Shown here piece after piece: positions 63,441 through 64,000 of a stretch of DNA of 64,000 nt; position 1 is the first letter of the stretch; each line of letters starts with the position of its first letter. This DNA comes from Saprolegnia diclina VS20. Lineage: Eukaryota. The stretch is taken from assembly GCF_000281045.1 (NCBI RefSeq), contig NW_008246084.1:137538-201537 (forward strand), read 5' to 3'. The translations under genes were made by a program, and so were the position numbers. Below the pieces are notes generated by a model. It was given only the letters and a program-made list of their open reading frames with translations, had not been told where the DNA came from and made no database searches.

Positions 63441-64000
63441 GGTGTTTTCGATAATGTCGCGATGCCATTGCGCTTGTCGTAAAAACACTTTGGCAGGTTT
63501 TTCCCACTTCCATCTAGCTTTTACCTCGCAGCCTTTACAAGGCGACGTCCGATATCGCTGATGCTCGAGATCTCGGCATCTACGCTCGAATACGCTCTGC
63601 AAGCAACCACCAAAGCCAGTCAACTATACATCTTGGAGGCAACACGGATTCCATCTTGGCGATAGCCCGTGCGGCTCCGAAACCAAACACGAAACACGCT
63701 AGCTTCAACAATGGCTCATCTAATGTTATCTATTCGCAGAGAACGGTCTCGTGGCGGTGGCTAATGTTTTCCCTTCATCGTTGCGGGAAGGCCTGACGGT
63801 TTGGAAAGACCAATCCAGTGCACACTATTGCCGTTGGATACGCAGGAAAAACGTCACAATCACAACCTCGCCACCGCTTTGAAGCGCCTTTACCAAGCCG
63901 TCAATCACCTCGCATCCGTTGCAGCTCGATATGATTCGCTGTACTGATGCTTTTTGCAATTTCGAAGCTTGTGGTATGAGGACGCCGTGTTGGTGCTTGC

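Overview
This window is gene-dense, GC-rich eukaryotic DNA with short GT-AG introns (about 45-60 nt) and four assembly gaps. The gene content and architecture point to an oomycete, most likely a Saprolegniales water mould such as Saprolegnia or Achlya (inference). Supporting signs are a Ypt1/Rab1 with oomycete-type introns, START-FYVE proteins, a mitochondrial FtsZ, GH72, a GH18-ricin chitinase and a GT60. About 30 protein-coding genes are supported: ArfGAP, FYVE-TM, DEPDC5/IML1, BRCT-PNKP, extended FHIT, PX protein, mitochondrial FtsZ, a BRCT-only protein, a tail-anchored protein, Rab1, Sec13, RFC4, an ER-retained JmjC oxygenase, GT60, two START-FYVE proteins, PDH E1-alpha, a PAQR receptor, two glutaredoxins, GH72, TM9SF, three CNNM paralogs, an RBR E3 ligase, a chitinase, an NHL protein and a Gfo/Idh/MocA oxidoreductase. 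The most unusual points are five. (i) An uncharacterised gene family occurs as an inverted pair plus partial copies, with gene-conversion signatures, a tandemly amplified promoter motif and a probable hAT/BED transposon insertion upstream of one copy. (ii) A signal-peptide + KDEL JmjC oxygenase lies tail-to-tail with a GT60 GlcNAc transferase. (iii) A FHIT carries a HAD-like N-terminal extension and shares an overlapping CTAG stop with PNKP. (iv) Two divergent glutaredoxins share one near-identical intron. (v) A TCCGGATA motif recurs upstream of several genes. Exon boundaries were read by eye, and no database searches were run.
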